Source: Capsulimonadaceae bacterium
GTDB taxonomy: Bacteria; Armatimonadota; Armatimonadia; Armatimonadales; Capsulimonadaceae
Direction: 5' to 3'
DNA length: 64,000 nt
NCBI GenBank assembly: GCA_965246745.1
Contig: OZ251980.1
Span: forward strand, 1,444,280 to 1,508,279
Within the stretch, counting starts at the first letter, position 1. Each line of letters begins with the position of its first letter. The position numbers and the translations under genes are program-made. This document shows positions 36,440 through 45,299 of the stretch, in pieces. The notes beneath the pieces are model-generated. The model was not told the DNA's origin, made no database searches, and saw only the letters and a program-made list of their open reading frames with translations.

Positions 36440-36730
36440 TTAGACCCAGAAGAATAACTTTATGATAAGATCACAGAAGGCCTGTTTACGAGCCAGCTTG
36501 TCGGCTTCGATTTTTCTTAGGCGCTGACTTTCCTCTTCCGCAATGCGAGATTCTTCTCTAACCGCGTCTTTGTACGCCCGGTAAGCAGGATCGGCTGCTT
36601 CCCGTTCCTCCTCTTTTCTTATCTCAGCTTCCCGGTAGGCTATTTCACTTGCTCTCACGCTGTCGCGGATAGCGTTTTCAGTTAATGAAACGGCTTTCTT
36701 AATTGCCCATTTTGCAATAGGTCCTATCAT
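36440..36730 (-). CDS. small hypothetical protein (96 aa): amphipathic charged helix plus a C-terminal hydrophobic tail (FCDLIIKLFFWV)
   Basis: It is the middle gene of the AT-rich operon. Confidence 0.4.
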   Translation of the reverse strand: MIGPIAKWAIKKAVSLTENAIRDSVRASEIAYREAEIRKEEEREAADPAYRAYKDAVREESRIAEEESQRLRKIEADKLARKQAFCDLIIKLFFWV

Positions 36731-36757
36731 TAGCAGGTCTCGCTTTCTATTGAAGCG

Positions 36758-37969
36758 TTAAGGTAGTGTCTGAGGTATGAGCAGAAATATATTTGCAGCC
36801 TGCCCTTTAGGGGCATTTTTAGGCCGAAGTTGTTGCCACTCGTTTAGGCTGATGCCTGTTTGTTGAAGTGCCGCAACTTCGTCCCGGTATGCTTCAAACC
36901 GCCTCATGTCCTCAATAACGCCTTCTGCCTTCGTGAGCAACTCCGGCAAAGTTTGGGCGTAATACTCTTGCTTCTTCACTCTATATTCTTTTATTTTCTT
37001 TCTTGTCCTGTTCACTGCATCCTTATTGGACGCTACTTCAATGTTCCAGTATGTAACCTTGGCAAAGGCGGAAAAGCCTGTCTGGGCCTGGGCCTGAGCT
37101 TGATTATTTTTGCTTGAGATAAGTATATTCTCAACCCTCTCCAATTCCGCTTGTTGTTTCTTGCAGATATCTGAGTCGGATGCCTTCACAGATGACATTT
37201 CAAGTCTTCGGACATCTTTTTCCAAAGAATCTTCAAGCCGCCATATCCTAGCCACGAGGTCTGTGCATTGAGATAAGTCTATACACCATAGATGATTTGT
37301 ATCGAAAGCTGTATATTTCTTCTTCAAGTAGGCATGCACAAGTGTTCTCATGGTTTCAGAATACTGCTCTAGCTTTGATGTAGCAAGAACCATTTCGCCT
37401 AGTTCTATATGGCATCTAATTTCGGCAGTATAAGCGAGGAACAATGTCGAAATCAGCTTGTCTGCAATCTCACTGCCGGCAGCGATCTGGGCATCGCATT
37501 CTGCCTCGAAATAATGCTGTGCCTCCAACATACGATTGACCGCGTGAGTTGCAGTAATTCGCTTTGTGTCCGGGCTTTGCGTCATCATTGCATCGTTCGC
37601 TTGCCGAATTGCGGCCACAAAGTTTCCATAGAAACTCAAATCAAGTTTTCGATCTATCTGGGTTAAGAGAGCATTTTGTTCGGAGATGGACGTTTCCAAA
37701 AGCTTGATGCGGTTGAGAATGATTGTAAAGCCCGTCACAGAAACACCAAGATTAAGCACACCTACGACATCGCCAAACTTCAACAATCGCGAGGCTGAAC
37801 TAAGCATCTGTCCTGGTGAGACCTGAGTAAAGTCAGTTTCGCGTAGCCAGGCAACAACTGATTTAGAGTCAACTTCACGAATGACACCGCCAACTCTCTC
37901 ATAGTTGCCATTGTCTAAGCCATTCGCAATCCAATCGGGTATCTGAAAAACTGCTTCAACTGTATTCAT
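36758..37969 (-). CDS. hypothetical protein (403 aa), mostly alpha-helical, with one N-proximal hydrophobic segment (VVGVLNLGVSVTGFTIIL); first gene of the AT-rich operon
   Basis: GC is about 42%. No family motif was recognised. Confidence 0.5.
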   Translation of the reverse strand: MNTVEAVFQIPDWIANGLDNGNYERVGGVIREVDSKSVVAWLRETDFTQVSPGQMLSSASRLLKFGDVVGVLNLGVSVTGFTIILNRIKLLETSISEQNALLTQIDRKLDLSFYGNFVAAIRQANDAMMTQSPDTKRITATHAVNRMLEAQHYFEAECDAQIAAGSEIADKLISTLFLAYTAEIRCHIELGEMVLATSKLEQYSETMRTLVHAYLKKKYTAFDTNHLWCIDLSQCTDLVARIWRLEDSLEKDVRRLEMSSVKASDSDICKKQQAELERVENILISSKNNQAQAQAQTGFSAFAKVTYWNIEVASNKDAVNRTRKKIKEYRVKKQEYYAQTLPELLTKAEGVIEDMRRFEAYRDEVAALQQTGISLNEWQQLRPKNAPKGQAANIFLLIPQTLP

Positions 37970-38187
37970 CTTATTCTCCTTGATCTACCTTACACCATTA
38001 ACACTACTGCCGCAGAATGAAAAGCGGAAACTCAAACCCGTTTTTCTGCCTTGATCTTCGCATACCGTTTCGCCGCCCGCTTGCTATTTTCCTGCAAACA
38101 TTTTCGCCACAAATCCTAAATCCTTGCCCGCGAAGGCGGCCACTCGGCGCTTCGCCCCACAGCGTAGAACTTCAGTTCCACGCCCCA

Positions 38188-38216
38188 TTGACAACCCTAT
38201 CGCTTCTTTGCGATAA
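38188..38216 (+). promoter_or_regulatory. sigma70-like promoter (TTGACA, 18 bp spacer, GATAAT) upstream of the XRE gene
   Basis: The sequence is ttgacaaccctatcgcttctttgcgataatg. Confidence 0.5.
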
Positions 38217-38222
38217 TGCCCC

Positions 38223-38525
38223 ATGCCGCACACTACCAGCGACGCCGCCGAAATCATGGACATTGAGTTCGGCGCTGACCCCAACTATCAGAAGATTCGC
38301 GCCGAGCAGCGGATCAAGTCTCAGGCGGCGCAGGCGATCTATGACGCCCGCACTGCCGCCGGGCTGTCCCAAACCCAGCTTGCTAAGATTGCCGGGACGA
38401 CGCAATCCGTAATCTCGCGCTTGGAAGACGGCGACTATGACCGGCATTCGCTGGCGACACTGGGACGGATCGCCGCCGCGCTGGGTCGCCGGGTGGAAGT
38501 GCTTTTTGTTCCCATCTTGCCGTGA
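38223..38525 (+). CDS. XRE-family helix-turn-helix protein (HigA/antitoxin-like)
   Basis: The HTH is LSQTQLAKIAGTTQSVISRLEDG. Confidence 0.7.
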   Translation: MPHTTSDAAEIMDIEFGADPNYQKIRAEQRIKSQAAQAIYDARTAAGLSQTQLAKIAGTTQSVISRLEDGDYDRHSLATLGRIAAALGRRVEVLFVPILP

Positions 38526-38609
38526 CGCCGACTGCGTGGTACAATAAATATTATTGTGAGTGCTTCTTTCGCGATAAAAAGCTTGCCAGAGAATAGGAGA
38601 TGAACAAGA

Positions 38610-39410
38610 GTGGTTTACGAATGCGAAAAATGCAATGTGCCGCTACCGCCAGGAGTAAGAGCTTGCCCAAATTGCGGGGAAGCTTTTGATGATGTAGTGC
38701 CGGCTGATGCTGAAGTTCCTCAGCGTGGTTTTCGTCCCAGCAATGCTTCGGCAGGTTCAACACAATATCAAGCGCCAACGCCGCCGATGCCTCAGCCTCC
38801 AAATCCTATTCCGGTTTATGCCGCCCCCGCAACCACTACCCCTGCTCTGGCACGGGGATGGGTGATGGTCCTTACATTCCTCTTCTGCTTCCCGCTGTTT
38901 ATTATCGGTGTTTGGCAACGGCCCGATTGGTCGCGTGGCGCAAAGGCTTTGGCGACTGTTGCTTTCGTTATCATGCTATGTATAATTGCCGGCATCAACA
39001 ATGCTACAAGCAATAATACTTCTCCATCCTCATCTTCAGCGCCGTTGATGCCAACGCAACACAGCCCAAGTTCAGCTAAGTACAGTCCACCTGCGGCACC
39101 GGACACAGCACCGTCTCCTGCACCTGACGCCAGTGATACAGAATCAAAGCCGGATTTAGAAGTAATAGATCACAAGTCGGTCTCAGAGGAATATGGGCGC
39201 TCAGTTGTTGGCACAGTTCGCAACAACACGGACCATAATTACGGTTACGCCCAAGTAGAGATCAATCTCTATGACAAAAGCGGAAGTCAAGTCGGGTCTA
39301 CGGTCGCCAACATTAACAACTTAGCACCCCATAGCCTCTGGAAATTCAAAGCTCCTATCTTAGAAGATAGTGCAGTTCGCTTTGAGATTAAAGATGTAAC
39401 AGGGTTTTAG
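38610..39410 (+). CDS. zinc-ribbon, TM segment, FxLYD-domain protein
   Basis: The N-terminal C-x2-C…C-x2-C ribbon is CEKCNVPLPPGVRACPNCGE. It has one TM segment and a Ser/Pro-rich linker. The C-terminal region YAQVEINLYDKSGSQVG carries the FxLYD motif. Confidence 0.55.
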   Translation: MVYECEKCNVPLPPGVRACPNCGEAFDDVVPADAEVPQRGFRPSNASAGSTQYQAPTPPMPQPPNPIPVYAAPATTTPALARGWVMVLTFLFCFPLFIIGVWQRPDWSRGAKALATVAFVIMLCIIAGINNATSNNTSPSSSSAPLMPTQHSPSSAKYSPPAAPDTAPSPAPDASDTESKPDLEVIDHKSVSEEYGRSVVGTVRNNTDHNYGYAQVEINLYDKSGSQVGSTVANINNLAPHSLWKFKAPILEDSAVRFEIKDVTGF

Positions 39411-39452
39411 AAGCGTCTTCGAGACCGGCAGCGGTATAAATGCCGCCTTGCC

Positions 39453-41504
39453 GTGAGCCGCGCGATATGGTACAATGGTGATTATCGTGAGCAGTTTCCT
39501 TTCGCGGAAAGAGTGACGCAACCTATGGCAGACGACAAACAGACTTCACACGCACAGACGCCGTACCGGGTGAAAGTCCCGGATATTGATTACTGGCGCG
39601 GCAAGATCGGCTGCCAGACCGGGTGCCCGGTCAAGACCGACGCGCGGGGCTATGTGATCGCTATCGCCGAAGGGCGCTACGACGATGCGTATGCCATCGC
39701 CCGCGCTCCGAACCCGTTTGCTTCGATGTGCGGGCGCATCTGCGGCGCTCCCTGTGAGGTCAAGTGCACACGCGGCAATATCGGGTCGGACACGTCCGGG
39801 CCGGTCTCCATCCGGGCGTTGAAGCGGTTCGCGACCGAGCAGTACGGGGTCGAGAACTTGAAGAACCTGCACAAGTCTTTGGAGTATTCCAATGCGCGGG
39901 GGTCGGCGTACCCGGTGCAGGACAAGGAAAAGATTGCGGTGGTCGGCGCGGGCGTTGCCGGCATGACGGCGGCGCACGATTTGGCGCGGCTCGGCTACCA
40001 GGTCACGGTCTTTGAGGAGCTGGAAGTCCCCGGCGGGCAGATGGCGACGGGGGTTCCCATTTACCGTTTGTCGCGCGAGCTGATGAACTTAGAGATCGCG
40101 GCCATCTGCGAGCTGGGCGTGGATTTGAAACTCGGCGTCTCGGTCGGCAAAGACGTGACCATCCCCGAGCTGCGCGAGCAAGGGTACAAGGCGTTTATTG
40201 TCGCGGCGGGCTACATGCAGGGGCGGCCGCTCACGATCCCCGGCTCGGACAAAAAAGGCGTCCATATCGGCATCAATCTGCTGCGAGAAGTGAATTTAGG
40301 CAAGCCGTACACGGTCGGCGAGAAGTGCGTGGTCATCGGCGGCGGCAATGTCGCGATGGATGTGGTCCGAATGACGGTGCGTACTCCCGTCGTGGCGGGA
40401 TTGTCCAACTTGGGCAAGCCGAAAAACTACGCGATGACCGATATTGCCCGGACTTTGGCGCTGACGGCCAAGTCCATTGACTGCATCTTCGGCGAGTCCC
40501 GCGCCCAGATGAACGCCGACGAGTACGAGATCGAAGAAGCGGTCTTGGAAGGGGTCAAGCTCTGGCCCCAGCGGCTGCCGATTGAAATACTCGGCGACGA
40601 GCATGTCACCGGCATACAAACGAAGAAAGTCAAGTCGCTGATTGACGCCCAGGGGCGCTTCAACCCGCAGTATATTGACGGCTCCGAAGAAGTCTTCCCG
40701 TGCGACTCGGTGATTGTTTCCATCGGCCAGATGGTGAACTGGAACTTTGTGACGGGCATTGAAGACCTGAAGCGCACGCCCCGAGGCACGATTGAAGTGG
40801 ACCCCGAAACTTTGCAGTCTACGAGCCACCCGGACGTGTTCGCGGTCGGCGATATTGCGCTCGGGGCGCGATTGTTTATTGACGGCATCGCGTCGGCGCA
40901 GAAATGCGCGGTTGGGGTAGACGAGCACCTCTCGGGCGTGACCCAAAAGCTGATCAAGCGCGGCTACATGCGGGCGCTGCCGATTGTCAACTACGCCATG
41001 CCGCAGAAGTACGACAACTTCATTCGCCAGGAGCCGCCGGAGCGGGACATCGCCAACCGCTCGGCGGGCTTTGATTTGGTGGAATTCAATTACACCGAAA
41101 AAGCCGCGCGGGAACAAGGCATGCGCTGTTTGCGTTGTCATGTTAACGTGGTCTTCGATGCCGAGAAGTGCATTCTCTGCGGCCTCTGCATCAATATCTG
41201 CCCGGAAAGCATCCTGAAGATGGTCCCGGTCACCGATGTGGTCGGCGACGAGGAAGTGGCCCGGCTGATTGAAGCCAAGTACGGCGTCCCGCAGGACGAA
41301 TTAAAGCCCGACGACGGGACTATCATGCTGATGGACGGCACCAAGTGCATCCGCTGCGCCCTGTGCGCCAAAATCTGCCCGATGGACTGCATTTCGATGG
41401 AAGCGTTTGAATACGAGGAAGAATTGGTCCCCATTTCGACCCGCACGCGAACGTCCCGCCCGCCGGAGCCGTCGCTCATCGGATACAAGGGTGTTGGGGT
41501 ATAA
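39453..41504 (+). CDS. FAD/NAD(P)-dependent oxidoreductase (glutamate synthase small-subunit-like) fused to a 2x[4Fe-4S] ferredoxin domain
   Basis: Two Rossmann motifs (IAVVGAGVAGMTAA; CVVIGGGNVAMD) are present. There is an N-terminal Cys cluster (CGRICGAPCEVKC). Two C-terminal motifs (CILCGLCINICP and CIRCALCAKICP) are 4Fe-4S signatures. The start is either 39453 or the Met at 39525. Confidence 0.75.
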   Translation: MSRAIWYNGDYREQFPFAERVTQPMADDKQTSHAQTPYRVKVPDIDYWRGKIGCQTGCPVKTDARGYVIAIAEGRYDDAYAIARAPNPFASMCGRICGAPCEVKCTRGNIGSDTSGPVSIRALKRFATEQYGVENLKNLHKSLEYSNARGSAYPVQDKEKIAVVGAGVAGMTAAHDLARLGYQVTVFEELEVPGGQMATGVPIYRLSRELMNLEIAAICELGVDLKLGVSVGKDVTIPELREQGYKAFIVAAGYMQGRPLTIPGSDKKGVHIGINLLREVNLGKPYTVGEKCVVIGGGNVAMDVVRMTVRTPVVAGLSNLGKPKNYAMTDIARTLALTAKSIDCIFGESRAQMNADEYEIEEAVLEGVKLWPQRLPIEILGDEHVTGIQTKKVKSLIDAQGRFNPQYIDGSEEVFPCDSVIVSIGQMVNWNFVTGIEDLKRTPRGTIEVDPETLQSTSHPDVFAVGDIALGARLFIDGIASAQKCAVGVDEHLSGVTQKLIKRGYMRALPIVNYAMPQKYDNFIRQEPPERDIANRSAGFDLVEFNYTEKAAREQGMRCLRCHVNVVFDAEKCILCGLCINICPESILKMVPVTDVVGDEEVARLIEAKYGVPQDELKPDDGTIMLMDGTKCIRCALCAKICPMDCISMEAFEYEEELVPISTRTRTSRPPEPSLIGYKGVGV

Positions 41505-41530
41505 TAAGCTAGGACACAATGCACGCAGGG

Positions 41531-41655
41531 AGCGAGGGAATAAATTCCTCTCGCTGAATGGCATCCTTCGGATGTAGGACTAGCACGCGTTTGGCTTTCT
41601 TCTCATCCGAAGGATGCCATTCAGCGAGAGAAGTTTACTTCCCCGCTTCTCGCTC
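41531..41655. repeat. ~125 bp structured repeat, copy B (gcgagggaataaattcctctcgct … cagcgagagaagtttacttccccgcttctcgctcc) with perfect 21 bp internal inverted arms bearing TTCG/GAAG loops
   Basis: It reads ctgaatggcatccTTCGgatg … catccGAAGgatgccattcag. It is homologous to copy A at 33785-33911. Confidence 0.7.
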
Positions 41656-41711
41656 CTAATATCGCTCTCGCACGACCAGCGGGCTTTGAACCCGCCTAGA
41701 AGGAAACAAAC

Positions 41712-42164
41712 ATGCCCGCAACTTTAGAAATGCCGACCTCGGCACCGACTTTTATGCCTGAAACCCTGCCCGCGCCGCTGAGCCTCACCGACGCCGCGGC
41801 GGCGGAAGTGACCGCGCTGATCGCCCAGCAGGACCGCACCGACCTCGCCCTGCGCGTGTATGTCGCCGGCGGCGGCTGCTCCGGCCTGCAATACGGCATG
41901 GCTTTGGACGAGAATATCGAGCCGGGCGACGAGACCTTCGCCTTCGGCCCGATTACTCTGGTCGTGGACTCGACCTCGCTGCGCTACCTGACCGGCGCGG
42001 TTGTGGACTACATCCACACCGACATGGGCGGCGGGTTTAAGATCGAGAACCCCAATGCCACCAAGTCCTGCGGCTGCGGCTCGAGCTTCAGTGCCGGCGA
42101 CGACGAGGCCGCCGGCCTCGACACCAAAGCCGGCGGCGGCTGCGGCTCCTGCGGCTGCCACTAA
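41712..42164 (+). CDS. erpA: Iron-sulfur cluster insertion protein ErpA/IscA (HesB family) with a Cys-rich C-terminal extension
   Basis: The HesB signature …SCGCGSSF is present. The tail GGGCGSCGCH is unusual. Confidence 0.8.
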   Translation: MPATLEMPTSAPTFMPETLPAPLSLTDAAAAEVTALIAQQDRTDLALRVYVAGGGCSGLQYGMALDENIEPGDETFAFGPITLVVDSTSLRYLTGAVVDYIHTDMGGGFKIENPNATKSCGCGSSFSAGDDEAAGLDTKAGGGCGSCGCH

Positions 42165-42237
42165 GCCGAAGCGATACGCGCACACAGACAGGGGCGGGCC
42201 AAACGGCCCGCCCCTGTTTTCTTTTTAGGAGATCATT

Positions 42238-42548
42238 GTGTCTGTTACTCTATGGGAGCCAGGCCCGAATTATGTTTGGGTCGAGCCGGAAAACGTAGAC
42301 AAAGTGACGGAAGACGACTACCGCTACGGCGTCATCTGGGCAAACCCGCCGCGTGTGAGCGGAACCCCGTGTTTCACTGGACCCGCGTCCCCATCCGCAA
42401 TCTTTGGAATTATTTGGAGAGCGGAGAAACCACGGCCGCCTTCTTGGACGACTTCGAGGGCGTCACGCAGGAGCAGGGGTTGGCGGTTCTTCTGCTGGCC
42501 CGTACCAAGCTGCTCGAAGGGTTGCCGCCGGATACCTGCCACGAGTAA
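42238..42548 (+). pseudogene. DUF433-family gene disrupted by a -1 frameshift near 42377
   Basis: Frame 1 reads …ANPPRVSGTPCFTG and then runs off. Frame 2 continues (G)TRVPIRNLWNYLESGETTAAFLDDFEGVTQEQGLAVL. Joined, they give the DUF433 consensus (C.G.P...GTR.PV..IL..L..G.s.eei...yp.lt.e.i..al.ya). Confidence 0.6.
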
Positions 42549-42663
42549 AGCAGACAAAAATTTTATTTTGATTGTTTTCCGGTTTGTGAGCGGCGGCGAG
42601 AGTATAAAGACGTAGACCTCACTTTCACCGTGAGCATTCTAAAATCGCCGACAGGAGACTTTT

Positions 42664-45288
42664 ATGCTGCTGAAAGAAACATTGCTAGACTCTGGCTGGA
42701 ACCTTGCTCACACCGTGACGTTGCCGTCGCGTGAGAAACAAACCTTTGAGAGCAGCGGGCTGGCTTTATCCGAAGTGACCCACCGCTTTTTGGCAGCATC
42801 AAAGACTGGGCTTTACCTGCACCAGCGGGAGGCTGTGAGCAGGTTTCTTGACGGGTCGAATGTCTGCATGACAACCGGCACGGCTTCGGGGAAAAGTCTG
42901 CCGTTTTATCTTGCCGGCATTGATCAACTGGCGCGAAATCCCAGTTCCAAAATTATCGCTGTTTATCCGATGAAGGCGCTCGGCTATGAGCAGGAAGAGC
43001 GCTGGAAGCAGGCGCTGGCGCAAGCCGGACTGACCGCACACGTCGGGCGCATTGACGGTCAAGTCTCGACAAAAGCACGGCCGGAGATTTTACGCCGCTC
43101 GAGCGTTGTGATTTTGACGCCGGATGTCATTCACGCATGGCTCTTGAACAATCTCGGCGACAAAGCGGTCTTGACGTTTCTGAGGCAGGTCGCGCTGATG
43201 ATTGTTGATGAAGTCCACAGCTACACCGGCGTATTCGGCTCCAATTCCGCATTTTTGTTCCGTCGGCTTCAGCACGCGATGACTATGCTGCGAAGCAAGC
43301 CGAGCTATATCTGCGCGTCGGCGACAATCGCAAATCCGCAGGCGCATTTGGCAAAGCTGTTCGGCGCGGAGTTCGCGCTGATCGGCTCTGATTCGGATAC
43401 CTCGCCTCGCCATGCCGTTGAAGTTCAGCTCGCTACTCCTCGCCCAGAGGCTGATATGCTGTCGCAAGTGACCGATCTCCTACAGCAGATTGCCGAAAAA
43501 TCAGATTCCAAGTTTATTGCGTTTGTAGACAGCCGCAAGCAGGCGGAGCATATTTCTTCAATCCTGGCGCGAAGTCAGGACCAGTCACAGGACGAGGAGC
43601 AGGAGACGGAAGCGCATTTCGACTTTGACTTTCTGCGACGGCTGAACGTGTTGCCGTTCCGCTCGGGCTTTGAGGAACATGACCGCTCTATTATCCAGGA
43701 GCGGCTGAAAAGCGGCAGCCTGCGCGGCGTGGTCAGCACAAGCGCTTTGGAACTCGGCATGGACATTTCCCAACTTGGGACGGGAATTCTTGTCGGCGTT
43801 CCACGCTCCTCGACCAGCCTGTTTCAGCGAATCGGACGCATCGGGCGTCATGGCTCCGGCACGGTGGTCATTGTCAACACCGGAACCATCTATGATGAAG
43901 CTATTTTCAGAAACCCGCAGGAGCTGTTAAACCGGCCGATGGCGGAAAGCTCGCTGTACCTAGAAAACACGCGAATTCAATATATTCATGCGCTCTGTCT
44001 TGCCCGTCAGGGCGGCGAACATGATAAAGTACGAAGCGCGGTCAGCGGGGAAGAAACGACGGAGATGGAAACAGAAGTCGCCTGGCCGGCCGGCTTTCTC
44101 GACATCTGCCGCCGTGAGCGGCTCGGCGAAGTGCCTGCCGATTTGCAGAATATGAAAGCAGAAGCCGGCGAGGAGCCAAACCATACCTTTCCGCTTCGGG
44201 ATGTTGAGAGTCAATTTAAGATTGAGTTCAAGCAAGGCCCGGAACAGCGTCAGCTCGGCGCGGTTTCGCACGGCCAAATGATGCGCGAAGCCTATCCCGG
44301 CGCAATTTATTACTACATCACTAAGCCTTACCGTATCTATAGTGTTGACATGCGAAGCCGCGTGATCCGCGCTCGCGCCGAAAAGCACTACACGACAAAC
44401 CCTCAGAACTTGCCTACCTGTGTCTTCCCGAACTTATCTGAAGGAAACATACACCGCGCCAAAAGCCATGATACACTTTCAGCGGTCGAGTGCAACTTGC
44501 AAATTCGTGAAGCCGTCTGCGGATACAAAGAGCGGCGTGGGCCGAACAAGGCTTTCCACGGATACCCCATACTATCAACGACTTCGGGAATTTCGTTCGG
44601 GCTAGATCGGTTTGTTCGTAACTATTTCACGACCGGCATTATCGTGACGCATCCTGCACTGAATTGGGACGGGGTTGACTGCAATTTGATGGCAAGCCTG
44701 ATTTATGAAGGGTTTTTGATGCTTGTTCCGTTTGAGCGTCAAGATATGGGCGTCGCTGTAGATAAACATCGAACCCCGCGCGAGGGAATCGAGCAAGGCA
44801 GCAAATTTATTGCTCTGCACGATCAGACCTACGGCAGCCTGCGCCTTTCGGGAAGGCTTTTGGAAGAGCAGTGGCTTAGGGGGACACTGGCGAAGGCAGT
44901 GGAGCTTTGCCGAGAACAAGAAGTCACGTCGGAACACCCAAACACGCTGGCAGCGCTTGAAGCAGTGTCCGCGTCGGCAAACCAAGCGGAAACCGCTTCT
45001 GTGTTCGGCACAGATAGTGCATCGGCGTCCGCACCGGAAGATTGTGCGCTGGTCATTTTGCCCGGCAGCCGGGGGCTAAAGATAGATACCGGTGCCGTGG
45101 AAGAGTTTGAGGTAGAAGATGTGTTTTATCATCCTTCGTTCAACGGATTGAGCTACCGGGGCAGACGACATTCCTTGAAGGGAGAAACGAGCAAAAATGT
45201 CGTTCCTATCTCTGCGCTAAAAGAAATCCCTGGAGAGAGCCTGATGGGCTACTACGATTTCAACACTGGAGAAATCGCGCCTATATAG
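42664..45288 (+). CDS. DEAD/DEAH-box superfamily 2 helicase, YprA/MrfA-like (probable C-terminal Zn-binding/DUF1998-like region)
   Basis: Motif I (TGTASGKSL), motif II (DEVH), motif III (SAT) and motif VI (QRIGRIGRHG) are all present. The C-terminal 300 aa carries scattered Cys residues. GC is about 50%, against a ~69% host. Confidence 0.75.
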   Translation: MLLKETLLDSGWNLAHTVTLPSREKQTFESSGLALSEVTHRFLAASKTGLYLHQREAVSRFLDGSNVCMTTGTASGKSLPFYLAGIDQLARNPSSKIIAVYPMKALGYEQEERWKQALAQAGLTAHVGRIDGQVSTKARPEILRRSSVVILTPDVIHAWLLNNLGDKAVLTFLRQVALMIVDEVHSYTGVFGSNSAFLFRRLQHAMTMLRSKPSYICASATIANPQAHLAKLFGAEFALIGSDSDTSPRHAVEVQLATPRPEADMLSQVTDLLQQIAEKSDSKFIAFVDSRKQAEHISSILARSQDQSQDEEQETEAHFDFDFLRRLNVLPFRSGFEEHDRSIIQERLKSGSLRGVVSTSALELGMDISQLGTGILVGVPRSSTSLFQRIGRIGRHGSGTVVIVNTGTIYDEAIFRNPQELLNRPMAESSLYLENTRIQYIHALCLARQGGEHDKVRSAVSGEETTEMETEVAWPAGFLDICRRERLGEVPADLQNMKAEAGEEPNHTFPLRDVESQFKIEFKQGPEQRQLGAVSHGQMMREAYPGAIYYYITKPYRIYSVDMRSRVIRARAEKHYTTNPQNLPTCVFPNLSEGNIHRAKSHDTLSAVECNLQIREAVCGYKERRGPNKAFHGYPILSTTSGISFGLDRFVRNYFTTGIIVTHPALNWDGVDCNLMASLIYEGFLMLVPFERQDMGVAVDKHRTPREGIEQGSKFIALHDQTYGSLRLSGRLLEEQWLRGTLAKAVELCREQEVTSEHPNTLAALEAVSASANQAETASVFGTDSASASAPEDCALVILPGSRGLKIDTGAVEEFEVEDVFYHPSFNGLSYRGRRHSLKGETSKNVVPISALKEIPGESLMGYYDFNTGEIAPI

Positions 45289-45299
45289 AACGGCAGCGA

